Below are positions 35,731 through 46,280 of a stretch of DNA of 64,000 nucleotides, piece after piece; within the stretch, counting starts at the first letter, position 1; every line of letters starts with the position of its first letter. The translations under genes and the position numbers were made by a program. A model generated the notes under the pieces. It did no database searches and was not told the DNA's origin. It saw nothing but the letters and a program-made list of their open reading frames with translations. Origin of the DNA: Candidatus Latescibacterota bacterium (lineage in GTDB: Bacteria; Latescibacterota; UBA2968; UBA8231); contig CBDCSU010000005.1 in NCBI GenBank assembly GCA_965221775.1, positions 256,001-320,000 on the forward strand, in the 5' to 3' direction.

Positions 35731-37215
35731 ATGATTCGACGATCGAGCCTCCCCTTGGCGCTGGCCCTCTGCCTGGCTTGCGGCCCCTCGCGGCAGCCTC
35801 CCGGGGAGACCGACGCCGCAGAGCGGCACCTGGCGGAAGGCCGGTACGGCGAGGCCCTGGCGCTCCTGCGGGAGCAGCTCGCGTCGGGGGATCTCCCTCG
35901 AGTGCACGCCGGCCTCGGGCACGCTCATGCCCGCCTCGGGCGCCTGGACTCCGCCGCCGCCCACTACCAGGCCAGCCTCTCCTTCGATCCGCGGCGGGTG
36001 GAGGTCCAGCACAACCTCGGCGTCGTACTGGCCGACCTCGGGCGCTTCGACGAGGCCGTGGCCGCCCTCGAGCGCGCCGTCGACCTGGACCCCGGATCCG
36101 CGGCCTCCCACCTGACCCTCGGTCTCTTCAGGCGGAAGGTCGGCGACTACGAGCGTGCCGAAGCCGCCTTCCGTGCGGCCGCCGCTGCCGGAGACCCTTC
36201 CGCTCACCGCCACCTCGGCGGACTCTACGTCCGGCTCGGCCGCTACGACGAGGCCGACCGGGAGCTGGAGCAGGCCCTGAAGGCGGATCCCCAGGACGCC
36301 GAGAGCCACCGCCTGTCGGCGGTCTCGATGAGGTCCCGCGGCGACCTGGAGGGGGCCGCGGTCTCCTTCTCCCGGGCGGTGGAGCTGAACCCCCGCGACC
36401 CCGAGGCCCTCTTCGGCCTGGCCAACCTCCTGATCGCCTCGGGCGACGCCGAGGGCGGCAGACAGCTGCTGGAGCGTTTCGAGCGGCTGCGCCAGGGCGC
36501 CGGCGAGGTCGAGCGGCTGCGCCGCCTTCTGGATACGAGCCCCGGGGACCTGGAGGCGCGGATGACCCTCGCCGGGAGGCTCCTGCGGGACGGCCTCGAG
36601 CCGGAGGCGGCGAGACAGTACGAGGCGGTGCTGGCCTACGACCCCGGGCAGGTCGACGCCCGGCTGCGCCTGGGGCGGCTGTACCGCGACCTCGGCGACA
36701 CGCTCCGGGCCCTCCAGGTGCTGTCCGCCGCACCCCTCGAGGACGCGCGCCTGGCCTTCTTCCTCGGCTCCCTGCAACTGATGCGCGGCGACCTGGAGGC
36801 GGGCGCCGCCACCCTCGAGGGCGCCGCGGCCCTGGACCCCGGCCACGGGGAGGTCCTCAACAACCTCGGCAACGTCCGCCTGATGCAGGGGAACCCCGAG
36901 GCGGCGGCCGCCGCCTTCCGCCGCGCCCTCGCCGCCGCCGCGCCCTCGGCGCAGGCCGCCCTCAACCTGGGGACCCTCTGGGTCCGGGCCGGGCGTGAGG
37001 ACAGCGCCGCCGTCTGCTACCGGCTGGCCCTGGGAATCGACCCGGACCTGGCCGCCGCCCATCTCGCCCTCGCCCGCCTGCACGACCGCGGCGGCCGCCG
37101 CGACGAGGCCGCCGCCGCGTACGAGCGTCTGCTCGCGGCCTCGCCGGACCCGGCCCTGCAGGAGGAGGCCCGGGTCTTCCTGCGCCGCTGGAGAGAGCTG
37201 TCCGGCGGCGGCTGA
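35731..37215 (+). CDS. TPR lipoprotein
   Basis: ATG 35731; ALCLAC lipobox; multiple TPRs (HNLGVVLADLGRFDEA, NNLGNV). Confidence 0.88.
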   Translation: MIRRSSLPLALALCLACGPSRQPPGETDAAERHLAEGRYGEALALLREQLASGDLPRVHAGLGHAHARLGRLDSAAAHYQASLSFDPRRVEVQHNLGVVLADLGRFDEAVAALERAVDLDPGSAASHLTLGLFRRKVGDYERAEAAFRAAAAAGDPSAHRHLGGLYVRLGRYDEADRELEQALKADPQDAESHRLSAVSMRSRGDLEGAAVSFSRAVELNPRDPEALFGLANLLIASGDAEGGRQLLERFERLRQGAGEVERLRRLLDTSPGDLEARMTLAGRLLRDGLEPEAARQYEAVLAYDPGQVDARLRLGRLYRDLGDTLRALQVLSAAPLEDARLAFFLGSLQLMRGDLEAGAATLEGAAALDPGHGEVLNNLGNVRLMQGNPEAAAAAFRRALAAAAPSAQAALNLGTLWVRAGREDSAAVCYRLALGIDPDLAAAHLALARLHDRGGRRDEAAAAYERLLAASPDPALQEEARVFLRRWRELSGGG

Positions 37216-37216
37216 C

Positions 37217-38962
37217 GTGACTCCCTGGACCCTCGTGGCCCTGGCTGCCGCCCTGGCGGGCTGCCAGCCGGAGGCGTCCCCCCGGGCCGCCCCGCCCGCG
37301 GCAGGGCCGCCGCCGGCGCGGTTCGCCGTCCGCTTCGTCGACGTGGCCGCCGAGGTCGGCCTCGACGCCCTCCACGTGAACGGCTTCAGCGAGGCGCGGT
37401 TCTTCCCCGAGACCATGGGCGGCGGCGGCCTGTTGTGGGACTACGACCGCGACGGCTGGCTCGACGTGTACCTCGTCAACGGCAGACCCCTCTCCCCGGA
37501 TGCGGACGCGGACGCCCCCCCCGTCGGCAACCGGCTGTTCCGCGGCCTCGGGGACGGCACCTTCGCGGAGGCGACCTCCGCGGCGGGCGTGGGCCACCGG
37601 GGCTACGGCAACGGCTGCGTCGCCGGCGATCTCGACGGCGACGGCGACGACGAACTCTACGTCACCAACTACGGCGGCGACGTGCTCTTCCGGAACGACG
37701 CCGGCGCCTTCCGCGACGTCACCTCCGCCGCCGGCCTCGGAGACCCGGGCTGGGGCACGGGGTGCGCCGTCCTCGACCACGACCTCGACGGCGACCTCGA
37801 CCTCTACGTGGCGCGCTACGTCGACTACGAGCTGGCCGACGCCGGGACGGAGACGGTCCCGTACCTCTCCCGCTCCGAGGGCGCCGGCCCCGGCGGGCCG
37901 AAGGGATACCCCCATCCCGACAACTTCGACGGCCTCGGCGACCTGCTGCTGCGCAACGACGGCGGGCCGGGTCCGGCCTTCACCGACGTGTCGGCCGCCG
38001 CCGGCGTCCATCTGGCCGGCGGCAAGGGCCTGGGCGTGGTCACCGGCGACGTGGACGGCGACGGCTGGACGGACCTGTACGTGGCCAACGACGCGACGCC
38101 GAACTTCCTCTTCATCAATCGCCGGGACGGGACCTTCGAGGAGCGCGGAGCCCTCTCGGGGGTCGCCTACGGCGAGAGCGGCCTGCCGGAGGCGGGCATG
38201 GGGGTCGACGCCGCCGACTACGACGGCGACGGCCGCCTCGACCTCACGGTGACCAACTTCCAGGGCGAGCCGAACAGCCTCTTCCGCAACCAGGGGGACG
38301 GGTCCTACTTCCTGCCCCAGGCTTTCGCCTCGGGCACCGGCGCCGTCACCGTCCCCGCCCTGGCCTTCGGCACCAACTGGGTCGACGTCGACGGCGACGG
38401 CCGCCTCGACCTGTTCGCGGCCAACGGCCACGTCCTCGACAACGTCCGCGCCTTCGACCGGTCGACGACCTACCGCCAGCGCAACTTCCTGTTCCACAAC
38501 CGCGGGCCGGGGGCCTACGGCAACACCCTCTTCGCCGACGTCACCGCCATCGCCGGCCCGGGGCTGGCCCAGGAGCGCGTGAGCCGCGGCTCGGCCGCCG
38601 GCGACCTGGACAACGACGGCGACGCCGACCTTCTGGTGATCAACCTCGGGGACCGGGTGTCGGTGCTGCGCAACGAGGGCGGCAACGGCAACGGCTGGCT
38701 GTCGGTGCGCCTGCGGCGGGCCTCCTGCGGCAGCGGCGAGGGCGCCCGGCTGCGCCTGCACTCGCCGTCGGGGACGCAGTGGCGGGAGGTCAGCAGCGGC
38801 CGCAGCTATCTGTCCCAGAGCGATCCCCGGGTGCTCTTCGGCCTCGGACCGGACAGCCGGGTGGACAGCCTGGAGGTCTGGTGGCCGGGCGGGGCCCGCG
38901 AGGTCTACCGGGACCTGGAGGCGGGCCGGTTCCTCGACCTGGTCGAGGGCGGGGCCCCCTGA
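37217..38962 (+). CDS. CRTAC1-family FG-GAP/ASPIC-UnbV lipoprotein
   Basis: GTG 37217; LAGC lipobox; DYDRDGWLD and related repeats; SYLSQSDPRVLFGLG, VWWPGG. Confidence 0.9.
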   Translation: MTPWTLVALAAALAGCQPEASPRAAPPAAGPPPARFAVRFVDVAAEVGLDALHVNGFSEARFFPETMGGGGLLWDYDRDGWLDVYLVNGRPLSPDADADAPPVGNRLFRGLGDGTFAEATSAAGVGHRGYGNGCVAGDLDGDGDDELYVTNYGGDVLFRNDAGAFRDVTSAAGLGDPGWGTGCAVLDHDLDGDLDLYVARYVDYELADAGTETVPYLSRSEGAGPGGPKGYPHPDNFDGLGDLLLRNDGGPGPAFTDVSAAAGVHLAGGKGLGVVTGDVDGDGWTDLYVANDATPNFLFINRRDGTFEERGALSGVAYGESGLPEAGMGVDAADYDGDGRLDLTVTNFQGEPNSLFRNQGDGSYFLPQAFASGTGAVTVPALAFGTNWVDVDGDGRLDLFAANGHVLDNVRAFDRSTTYRQRNFLFHNRGPGAYGNTLFADVTAIAGPGLAQERVSRGSAAGDLDNDGDADLLVINLGDRVSVLRNEGGNGNGWLSVRLRRASCGSGEGARLRLHSPSGTQWREVSSGRSYLSQSDPRVLFGLGPDSRVDSLEVWWPGGAREVYRDLEAGRFLDLVEGGAP

Positions 38963-38971
38963 AGCCTCCCG

Positions 38972-41608
38972 CTACGGCTCTATGCCCGCGTAGATGGTGA
39001 TGAAGCCCCGCGTCCGGGTCTTCACCGGCTCGAAGCGAAGGTCGCGGCGGCTGACCTCGAAACCGAGGGTGGTCGTCAGCAGGTAGCCCTGGTAGTCGGA
39101 GAGGTTCATGATCTGCACCGTCGTCGTCAGCCCCCGGTAGGAGGGGCTGGCCCCTGGGGGCACCGGGTCCCGCAGCTGGCTGAAGACCTCGTACTCCACG
39201 CCCCCTTCGACGAAGCTCTTCTGCATGATCGGGTGGCGCAGGACGATCATGAAGAGCTCGGTCAGCTCCTGGCGGCGCGCCTCTTCCCGCGCCACCGGGG
39301 CCGAGCGCGACCACTCGCTCTTCCACCGGGGGGTGATGAGCGTCGACCCGAGGCTCCAGCTGTAGTGGGCCTTGTTGATCATCCCGAGGAACCAGGACGA
39401 CCGGCGCTGGCCCCGCAGCTCCAGGTCGAGGGCGTCGTCGACCTGCCGCCACCAGGTCCACTTCACCTTGTTGTCCAGGGAGATACCGCCTCTCCGGTGC
39501 TGCCAGCCCGCCCAGGTGGTGTTCACCCACGTGTCCTGCGCCGCCAGCGGGTCGAGAACGGGGAAGAGGTCCCCCCGGGCGTTGGGCAGCTGCACCCACT
39601 GCAGCAGGTCGTCGCGGATCGTGTCCCTCACCCTGCGCAGGTCCTGGAAGAGACGCAGGCGGCCCCGGGCGGCGGTGTTCCAGTCGACGGCGACCTGTCC
39701 GTAGTGGGCCCGGTTGTGGCGGTCGTCGGAGATCTGCTCCACATCCATGCGGCCCAGGGTGAGGCGCACGTCGGGCCCGAGGTGGAAACCGCCGTAGAGG
39801 TTGAAGCCCTGCTGGTCGCGCCGGTAGGGGAAGTCGGGCCGCTCGTCGTTCTCGAAGCGGTCCACCGTGCCGTTGTGGTTGGCGTCGACGCCGTAGAGGT
39901 ACGCCGGGCGGTCGGCGAAGTAGCGCAGGAAGGGCTCCTCCCAGTCGGGGAGCAGGTTCTGGCGCTCCTCGTTGTCGTTCTGGTTGAAGTCCCAGATGCG
40001 GTCGTTGTTCTCGTCGAGCCCCGGGAAGACGTCCTCGTCCCCCGCGCTCGAGCCCTTGCGGCGCCAGTCCGGAGCCCTGTCGTAGTCGTCGTTGTCCTCG
40101 ACGAACTCGTAGATCTCGAAGACGTTGTCGTAGTCCGGCACCGAGGTCTCCTTCTCCACCGTGGCGAAGGAGGTCGAGTACCCCGGGTCCATGCCGAAGG
40201 CCTCGAGGAGGCCGAACCACGGGTAGTCCTTGCGGGAGACGTTGAGCAGCCACCCCAGGGACCGGTCCCGGGCGGTCTCGTGGCGCTCCCGGTGCGGGTT
40301 GGGGTACTTGCGGTAGCGGTGGTTGAGGTTGACCTCGAGGTAGGCGTCGAGGCCGTGGAGGTCCGTCGTCTGCACCGTGAAGCCGGCGATCTGGTTGCCC
40401 GTGGGCATGCCGTAGTCGAAGCGCAGGACGCGCTGGTTGGAGCCGTCCCTGACGTTGCCCCGGGCCCTGGCGAGGGGGAGGAAGACGACGACGCCGTCGG
40501 CGTTGACCTGGCGGTCGGAGGCGATGTCGATGCGGTAGTCGTTGGCCACCACCAGCTCGACCTCGACGCGCTCGATCTCCGTCGGGTCGGGCCCGGCGTA
40601 GGTGCGGTCGCCGAAGTCGTAGGTGACGACGATCTCGTCGCCGTCGGCCGCCAGGAACCCGGCCCGCTGCAGGCCGCCCTCCACGAGGGGGCGGAAGCCG
40701 ATCTCGGAGGCGCGGACGGTGCCGCCGTCGAAGTCGTGGATGCGCAGGTCCGAGGAGAACAGGGCGCCGCCCGAGCCGTCCCCGGGGGAGTCGTCGGAGA
40801 TGCGCACCTGGATGCGGCCGACGGTGCGGAAGTTCTGGCCCTCCGAGAGCACGCCGGAGATGATGTCGCTGCCGAAGCCGTCGAGCTGGGTCACCGAGTG
40901 GTGGGCGTTGACGTAGGTGCCGCCCACGACCAGGAAGTCGCCGATCTGGGACTCCATCCGGCCCCCGAAGAGGTTGGTGTTGCTGGTGCGACCCTCCGGC
41001 AGGAACGAGGGCGAGTTGGGCTCGTTGATGCGCGACAGGAGGAGGGTGACGGCGTGCTTGTCGGAGGCGAAGTCCCACTGCAGGCCGTTGAACTCCGGCT
41101 TGCTGAAGGTCATCGGCGTCAAGGTGGTGCGGATGCGGTTGCCCACGGTGACCGCCAGGTGGTACTGCCCCTTGTGGTCGGAGGCCACGGCGAGGCTCGA
41201 GAACCAGCCGCTGAAGCGTCCCGTCTTCTCCAGCACGCTGCCGAAGGGCACCGAGTTCTGCTGGCGCCAGTCGTAGACCAGCCAGCCGCGGGTCAGCAGG
41301 TTGCCGTAGGCGTCGTACCAGTAGTCGCCCTCCAGCGACGTGGAGACGTAGCGCTGGTAGTTCTGGCGGGCGTAGTTGGAGTACTGCCACTGCTTCCACT
41401 GGTATTCCGCGTACAGCTCCTGGGGCACGTACCACTTGCGCAGGGCCGGGTCGAGGGCGTCGAAGAGCACCCCCGGCCCCGTGGGCTCGAAGCTGACCCG
41501 GCCGCCGCGCTTGACCGTGCCCAGGCGGGCGCCGTAGTCCTGGGCCCCGGCGGCGGCGGCCAGCAGGAGAATCGTCAGTATCCGCACCATCCCCTTCTCC
41601 CCGCTCAT
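38972..41608 (-). CDS. Large secreted hypothetical protein, putative beta-barrel with acidic Ca-binding-like loop (paralog of 43548..46280)
   Basis: ATG 41608 (or 41590); signal peptide; LRKWY, EDNDDYDRAPDW, PDWEEPFLRY, GVDANHNGTVDRFEND; amphipathic strands at C-terminus. Confidence 0.8.
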   Translation of the reverse strand: MSGEKGMVRILTILLLAAAAGAQDYGARLGTVKRGGRVSFEPTGPGVLFDALDPALRKWYVPQELYAEYQWKQWQYSNYARQNYQRYVSTSLEGDYWYDAYGNLLTRGWLVYDWRQQNSVPFGSVLEKTGRFSGWFSSLAVASDHKGQYHLAVTVGNRIRTTLTPMTFSKPEFNGLQWDFASDKHAVTLLLSRINEPNSPSFLPEGRTSNTNLFGGRMESQIGDFLVVGGTYVNAHHSVTQLDGFGSDIISGVLSEGQNFRTVGRIQVRISDDSPGDGSGGALFSSDLRIHDFDGGTVRASEIGFRPLVEGGLQRAGFLAADGDEIVVTYDFGDRTYAGPDPTEIERVEVELVVANDYRIDIASDRQVNADGVVVFLPLARARGNVRDGSNQRVLRFDYGMPTGNQIAGFTVQTTDLHGLDAYLEVNLNHRYRKYPNPHRERHETARDRSLGWLLNVSRKDYPWFGLLEAFGMDPGYSTSFATVEKETSVPDYDNVFEIYEFVEDNDDYDRAPDWRRKGSSAGDEDVFPGLDENNDRIWDFNQNDNEERQNLLPDWEEPFLRYFADRPAYLYGVDANHNGTVDRFENDERPDFPYRRDQQGFNLYGGFHLGPDVRLTLGRMDVEQISDDRHNRAHYGQVAVDWNTAARGRLRLFQDLRRVRDTIRDDLLQWVQLPNARGDLFPVLDPLAAQDTWVNTTWAGWQHRRGGISLDNKVKWTWWRQVDDALDLELRGQRRSSWFLGMINKAHYSWSLGSTLITPRWKSEWSRSAPVAREEARRQELTELFMIVLRHPIMQKSFVEGGVEYEVFSQLRDPVPPGASPSYRGLTTTVQIMNLSDYQGYLLTTTLGFEVSRRDLRFEPVKTRTRGFITIYAGIEP

Positions 41609-43551
41609 CAGTAGGCCACGGCCAGAACGCCGTGGTGGTCCTCGGCAAAGGCGTCGGCGTCGATCCGCAGCCGCCAGACGTAGGTGCCCGGCGCCAGCGC
41701 GCGGCCGTCGGCGCCGCGGCCGTCCCACAGGTATTCCGAGGGCCCCAGGCCGTGGAGCCCGAGGTCGGCGTGGGCCACGCGGCGGCCGGAGAGATCGAAG
41801 ATCTCGAAGCGCACCGGGGCCCTGTCGGTCAGCTGCAGCAGGTTGAACTGCACCCGCAGTCCGTCGTTGAGGCCGTCTCCGTTGGGCGTCACCACCGGGG
41901 TGGAGAGGGCGATCTGTCCCACGAGGCGGCCGATCTGCTCCTCCGGGATGGCCACGAAGAGGCCGGACAGCTCGTCGTGGTCGCCGGGCCCGAAGTCGGC
42001 GGCGTTGCCGCCCTCGAGGGGCTGGGGCACGGAGGGGTAGCGGCTGTTGATGGCGCGGCCCGAGAACGTGGTCCCGAAGCGGAACACCGGCAGATCGAAG
42101 GTGAACTCGAGGACGTCCCCGGCCCCGGAGATGAGGGGCAGGCCGATGCGGAAGGCGTCGTGCCGCGAGAACAGGACCTCCGCCTCCAGGGCCTCGCCGT
42201 TCAACCGCACCTGGCGCACCCTCTCCATGGGGACCGTCGTGTCCACCTCGAGCTGGTCGAAGCCGAGGACCGCTCCCGCCCGGCCCACGCGCACGGCGTA
42301 GCGGAAGCTGGCCGGCTCCTCGACCTGCGAGAGCCGCGGATAGACCTCGGCCCGCAGGGTGTCGGCGATGGGCGGCCTCAGGTAGGGGAAGGAGATGCTG
42401 TCCACCTGCCGGGTGTCGAAGAGGCGGCCGGCGAACTCCAGCCGGAACTGCACCCAGCGGCGCGGGATCGGGGCGGAGACCAGCGCCCCCGGGGCCGCCG
42501 ACTTCCAGGGGCTCCAGCTGTCGATGTCCTCGACCACCCCGGCGCGGTCCTGGGACTCCAGGCTCCAGTACTCCTCCGGGGTGATCTCGGCGAGGATGGT
42601 GCTCTCGGGATCCGCCGGGTCGGGCACGCGGTGCCGGAAGACCAGCGGCGTGTCGTCGTTGCCGGTGCGCACCCGCACCCTCATCTCGGAGAACTCGGGC
42701 GGCCCGGCGATCTCCTCCACCCAGCGCAGCGGCCCGATGGAGGCCCGGCCCCCGAGATCGATCAGGTCCGAGTAGTAGACCCCTCCATCCAGGTACCCGG
42801 TGCCGTAGACCTCCAGCTCGTCGACCTCGAAGGGGCGCTCGCTCAGGGAGCGCAGCTTCACCTGGCGCACGTAGCGCGGGGCGACATGCACGTCGACGAC
42901 GGGGTCGGTGTTGTTGGTGACCCGCGCCACGAGGATGTCGGGACTGCCGGCGGCGCGGTCCGTCTGCCGCGGGTTGATCCACACCTCGTAGGCGCGCAGG
43001 TAGTCGTCGTGGAAGGGCGTCTGCGGCGTCGCCACGACGGTGTTCCGCGGATAGAAGCGGATGCGCTCGACCCCCACCTGGCGCCCGAAGTCGAGCCACA
43101 CCCAGATCCCGAAGCTGGTCAGGGTCGGCTCGAGGAGGGTCGGCTTGCGCTCGAAGGCCACCGAGTGGTCGCCGTTCACCAGCCCCTGCAGCTGCCGCCG
43201 CACCAGGGCCGAGGGCCGGCCGATGGAGTTCGGCGCCCGGATGCGGCCGCCGCTCTCGAGGACGAGGCCGGCGATGTTGGTCTCGCCGTCGTAGTACCGG
43301 GGGCTGATCCAGCCCGGGCGATGCTCGAACTCGATGTCGGCGCCGGGCGCGTTCCCCGTGTCTAGGACCGCCCGGACGCCGGACCTCACCAGGTGGACGG
43401 GTTCTCCCCGGCCGCCCCCCTCGGCCCAGGAATGGCCGCCGTCGCCGAGGGTGTAGAGGGCGAGCTGGGCCCCGGCGCCGTCGGCGCAGGCCAGGGCCGC
43501 CAGGGCGAGGGCCGCGGCGCCCGCCCGCCGGGTGCGGAGGCGGCGGCTCAC
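41608..43551 (-). CDS. Secreted protein with discoidin-like module and C-terminal TPNGDG/FlgD-Ig domain
   Basis: GTG 43551 (GTGA overlap); WLDFG....ERIRFYPR; TPNGDGLND, IFDLSGRRV, WDGRGADG..LAPGTY. Confidence 0.85.
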   Translation of the reverse strand: MSRRLRTRRAGAAALALAALACADGAGAQLALYTLGDGGHSWAEGGGRGEPVHLVRSGVRAVLDTGNAPGADIEFEHRPGWISPRYYDGETNIAGLVLESGGRIRAPNSIGRPSALVRRQLQGLVNGDHSVAFERKPTLLEPTLTSFGIWVWLDFGRQVGVERIRFYPRNTVVATPQTPFHDDYLRAYEVWINPRQTDRAAGSPDILVARVTNNTDPVVDVHVAPRYVRQVKLRSLSERPFEVDELEVYGTGYLDGGVYYSDLIDLGGRASIGPLRWVEEIAGPPEFSEMRVRVRTGNDDTPLVFRHRVPDPADPESTILAEITPEEYWSLESQDRAGVVEDIDSWSPWKSAAPGALVSAPIPRRWVQFRLEFAGRLFDTRQVDSISFPYLRPPIADTLRAEVYPRLSQVEEPASFRYAVRVGRAGAVLGFDQLEVDTTVPMERVRQVRLNGEALEAEVLFSRHDAFRIGLPLISGAGDVLEFTFDLPVFRFGTTFSGRAINSRYPSVPQPLEGGNAADFGPGDHDELSGLFVAIPEEQIGRLVGQIALSTPVVTPNGDGLNDGLRVQFNLLQLTDRAPVRFEIFDLSGRRVAHADLGLHGLGPSEYLWDGRGADGRALAPGTYVWRLRIDADAFAEDHHGVLAVAY

Positions 43552-46280
43552 TGCAGCCCCGCGTTCATGCTCACGAAGAGCAGCGACGAGCGCTCGGCCG
43601 GTCCCGACTCCGGGTCGCGGTCGCCTACCTGGATGCCGCCGCGCGTGACCAGCTGGTAACCCTGGAAGCCGACCCGGTTGATGACCTGCACGATCAGGGT
43701 CCGGGCGGTGAAGCCGCTGTCGAGCTCCCGGCGCTCGCCCTCCAGCAGCCAGCCCCGGGTCCACTCCAGGCCGAGTTGCAGCTCGGTATCGAAGAGCTGC
43801 TTGCCGTAGCGGGCGTAGTAGTTGACGCTGGTCAGCTCGGAGAGCAGCGGCTGCCGCCACATGAGGAAGAGGGACTCCTCCAGGCTGCGGGCCAGGGGCC
43901 GCCGGGCGTCGTAGGGCCGGTCGGCGCGGTACTCGCTCTTCCAGCGCGGCTCCAGCAGCCCCCGGCCCACCGGGATCGACCACTCGGCGCGGTTGATCAG
44001 GCCCAGGAAACCCGACCTCGTCCGCCTCTCCTCCAGGCGCACCTCCGCCTCGTCCCGGCGCTGCCGGAAGGTCTCCCACTTGAAGCGGTGGAAGAGGCGC
44101 ACCCCCCGTCCCGGCCGCTGATCGAGGTCGGCGTAGAAGGTGTTGCGCCAGGTGTCGCGGGAGGGCAGCAGGTCCCGGTCGTCCTCCATGCGCCCCGTCG
44201 AGCCGCTCGGCTGCACCCACGTCTGCAGGTGATCGGGGATGTCGTCGCGCACCGAGGCGCCGAAGTCGAAGAGGCGCAGACGGGAGCGGCCCAGGCGCCC
44301 GGTCCAGGCGAGCATGGCGTACCACGACTCCGTCCTGCCGTCGCCGGAGATCAGGCGCATGCGCTGGCGGCCGGCCACGAGGCGGGCGTCGGGGGTGACG
44401 AAGAGCTTGCCGTGGAGGTTGAAGCCGCGGTGGTCGCGCCGGTAGGGGTAGTCGGCGTGCAGGTCGTTCTCGAAGGGGTCGGCGGTGCCGTTGTGGTTCA
44501 TGTCGACGCCGAAGAGGAACTCGGGCCGGTCCGACCGGAAGCGCAGGAAGGGCTCCTCGTAGTCGGGAACCAGGTTGCGGTTGTAGTTGAGGGAGACCGC
44601 CACCGGCTCTCCCGGCCGCGCGAAGGCCCCTCCCGGGCGGCGGGTGTTGTTCTGGTTGTAGTCGTAGATGAAGTCGCGGTTGAAGTCGACGCCGGGGAAG
44701 GCGATCCCCCCCGACCCGGTCTGCCACGGCCGCGACCACTCCGGGACGGCGTCGTGGTCGTCGTCGTCGTCGACCAGCTCGTAGAGCATGGGCACGGGGG
44801 CCTTGTACTGGATCAGGCCGTTGCCGAGGGTCAGCCAGTGGCTGGTGCTGTAGGCGTCGTCCATGGAGAACGTCTCCAGGAACAGGCCCCACGGGTAGAG
44901 GTTGTACGCGGCGATGCCGTAGGCGGCCCAGGCGGTGCGCACCATCTCGTGGTGCCGGCTCAGCCGCGGATTGGGATACCTCCGGTGCTGGCGGTTGAGG
45001 ACCGTCTCCCCCTGCACCGACAGACCGTGCCAGTCCACCAGGTCCCAGTCGAAGCCGATCAGCTCGTTGGCCGTGGGCAGGCCGTAGTCGAGGAGCAGGA
45101 CGCGGCCGTTGCTCTCGTCGCGGACGTTGCCCTCCGCCCGCGCGTAGGGGAGGAAGACCGTCTCCGGGTTGCGCAGGCCGTCGGTCTGGAGATTCGTGGC
45201 CAGCTCGATCCGGTAGTCGTTGGCCACGGCCAGCTCCACGGCGGCGGCCGTCACCGCCTTGGGGTCGAGGCCGAGCTCGAACAGGCCTCGCAGGTCGTAC
45301 TCCAGCAGCAGGCGCTCCGACCCGTCCACCACGAGGGCGCCCTCGCGCAGGCGCCCGCCCTCGATCACCGGGAGCAGGCCGAGGTCCCGGCCGCTGATGC
45401 GCACCCCGTTGGTGTCGGTGAAGACGATGTCGTGGCGGAAGACCCGGGCGCCGCCGACCCCGTCGGCCGGCGAGTCGTCCCGGACCTGCACCCAGAGCTT
45501 GTCCGGGGTCCGGTTCTGATTGCTGGTGAGCACGCCGGCCAGCGGGTTGCCGGCCCGGAACTCCGGCTCGGTGTTGGAGTTGTGCAGGTTCACGTAGGTC
45601 AGCCCGAGGCTGCCGGCCGCGAAGGGGGCGTAGCCCAGGCGGCCGCCCATCAGGTGGGTCACGTTCCTGCGGGGGCCGGTGGGCTGGCTCGGCCGGGAGA
45701 GGAGCAGGGTGCTCTCGAGGCGGTCCCTGGCATAGTCGAGGCGCACCCCCTCGAAGCCGGGCTTGCGCAGGGTCAGGGGCGTGAGCTGCACGTCGAGGAC
45801 GCTGCCCACCATGAGGCGGTAGGTCTCCCCGCCCCGCCGGTCCGAGGCGATGGCGAGCCCCTGAAACGCTCCCGGGAATCGAGGCCAGAGGATATCCGAG
45901 CCCTCGCGCGACGGCTGCACCTGCTCCCAGGAGTAGACCAGCCAGCCGCGGCCCAGATGCTCGCCGAAGGAGTCGTACCACTCCTCCCCCGCCAGGAACG
46001 GGTCGAGGTAGCGCAGGTAGCGGTCGCGGGCGTAGTTGGCGCCGGTGTCGTACCAGTGGCTGGCGTAGGTGCCGGCGAGGCTTCGGGAGGCGTACCACTT
46101 GTGCAGGGCCGGAGTCGTGTAGTCCACCTCGAAGCGCGGCGACAGGTCGACCCGGTCCCGGGGCGCCTCGACCCGGGTGTCGTACCTCTGGCCCTCCAGC
46201 GGGAGCGGCACGCCCCCGGCCAGGAGCAGGGCCGCCCACAGGGCCGCACGGGGCCCCCGGCCTGTCGCGGGAGAGGGCAT
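43548..46280 (-). CDS. Large secreted hypothetical protein, putative beta-barrel (paralog of 38972..41608)
   Basis: ATG 46280; signal peptide; LHKWY, ELVDDDDDHD, PDYEEPFLRF, GVDMNHNGTADPFEND, EPRWKSE. Confidence 0.8.
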   Translation of the reverse strand: MPSPATGRGPRAALWAALLLAGGVPLPLEGQRYDTRVEAPRDRVDLSPRFEVDYTTPALHKWYASRSLAGTYASHWYDTGANYARDRYLRYLDPFLAGEEWYDSFGEHLGRGWLVYSWEQVQPSREGSDILWPRFPGAFQGLAIASDRRGGETYRLMVGSVLDVQLTPLTLRKPGFEGVRLDYARDRLESTLLLSRPSQPTGPRRNVTHLMGGRLGYAPFAAGSLGLTYVNLHNSNTEPEFRAGNPLAGVLTSNQNRTPDKLWVQVRDDSPADGVGGARVFRHDIVFTDTNGVRISGRDLGLLPVIEGGRLREGALVVDGSERLLLEYDLRGLFELGLDPKAVTAAAVELAVANDYRIELATNLQTDGLRNPETVFLPYARAEGNVRDESNGRVLLLDYGLPTANELIGFDWDLVDWHGLSVQGETVLNRQHRRYPNPRLSRHHEMVRTAWAAYGIAAYNLYPWGLFLETFSMDDAYSTSHWLTLGNGLIQYKAPVPMLYELVDDDDDHDAVPEWSRPWQTGSGGIAFPGVDFNRDFIYDYNQNNTRRPGGAFARPGEPVAVSLNYNRNLVPDYEEPFLRFRSDRPEFLFGVDMNHNGTADPFENDLHADYPYRRDHRGFNLHGKLFVTPDARLVAGRQRMRLISGDGRTESWYAMLAWTGRLGRSRLRLFDFGASVRDDIPDHLQTWVQPSGSTGRMEDDRDLLPSRDTWRNTFYADLDQRPGRGVRLFHRFKWETFRQRRDEAEVRLEERRTRSGFLGLINRAEWSIPVGRGLLEPRWKSEYRADRPYDARRPLARSLEESLFLMWRQPLLSELTSVNYYARYGKQLFDTELQLGLEWTRGWLLEGERRELDSGFTARTLIVQVINRVGFQGYQLVTRGGIQVGDRDPESGPAERSSLLFVSMNAGLQ

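Noticed and set aside
35731-38962. TPR + CRTAC1/FG-GAP lipoprotein pair as a novel system
   Set aside because: A common pairing in several phyla; nothing distinctive seen here.
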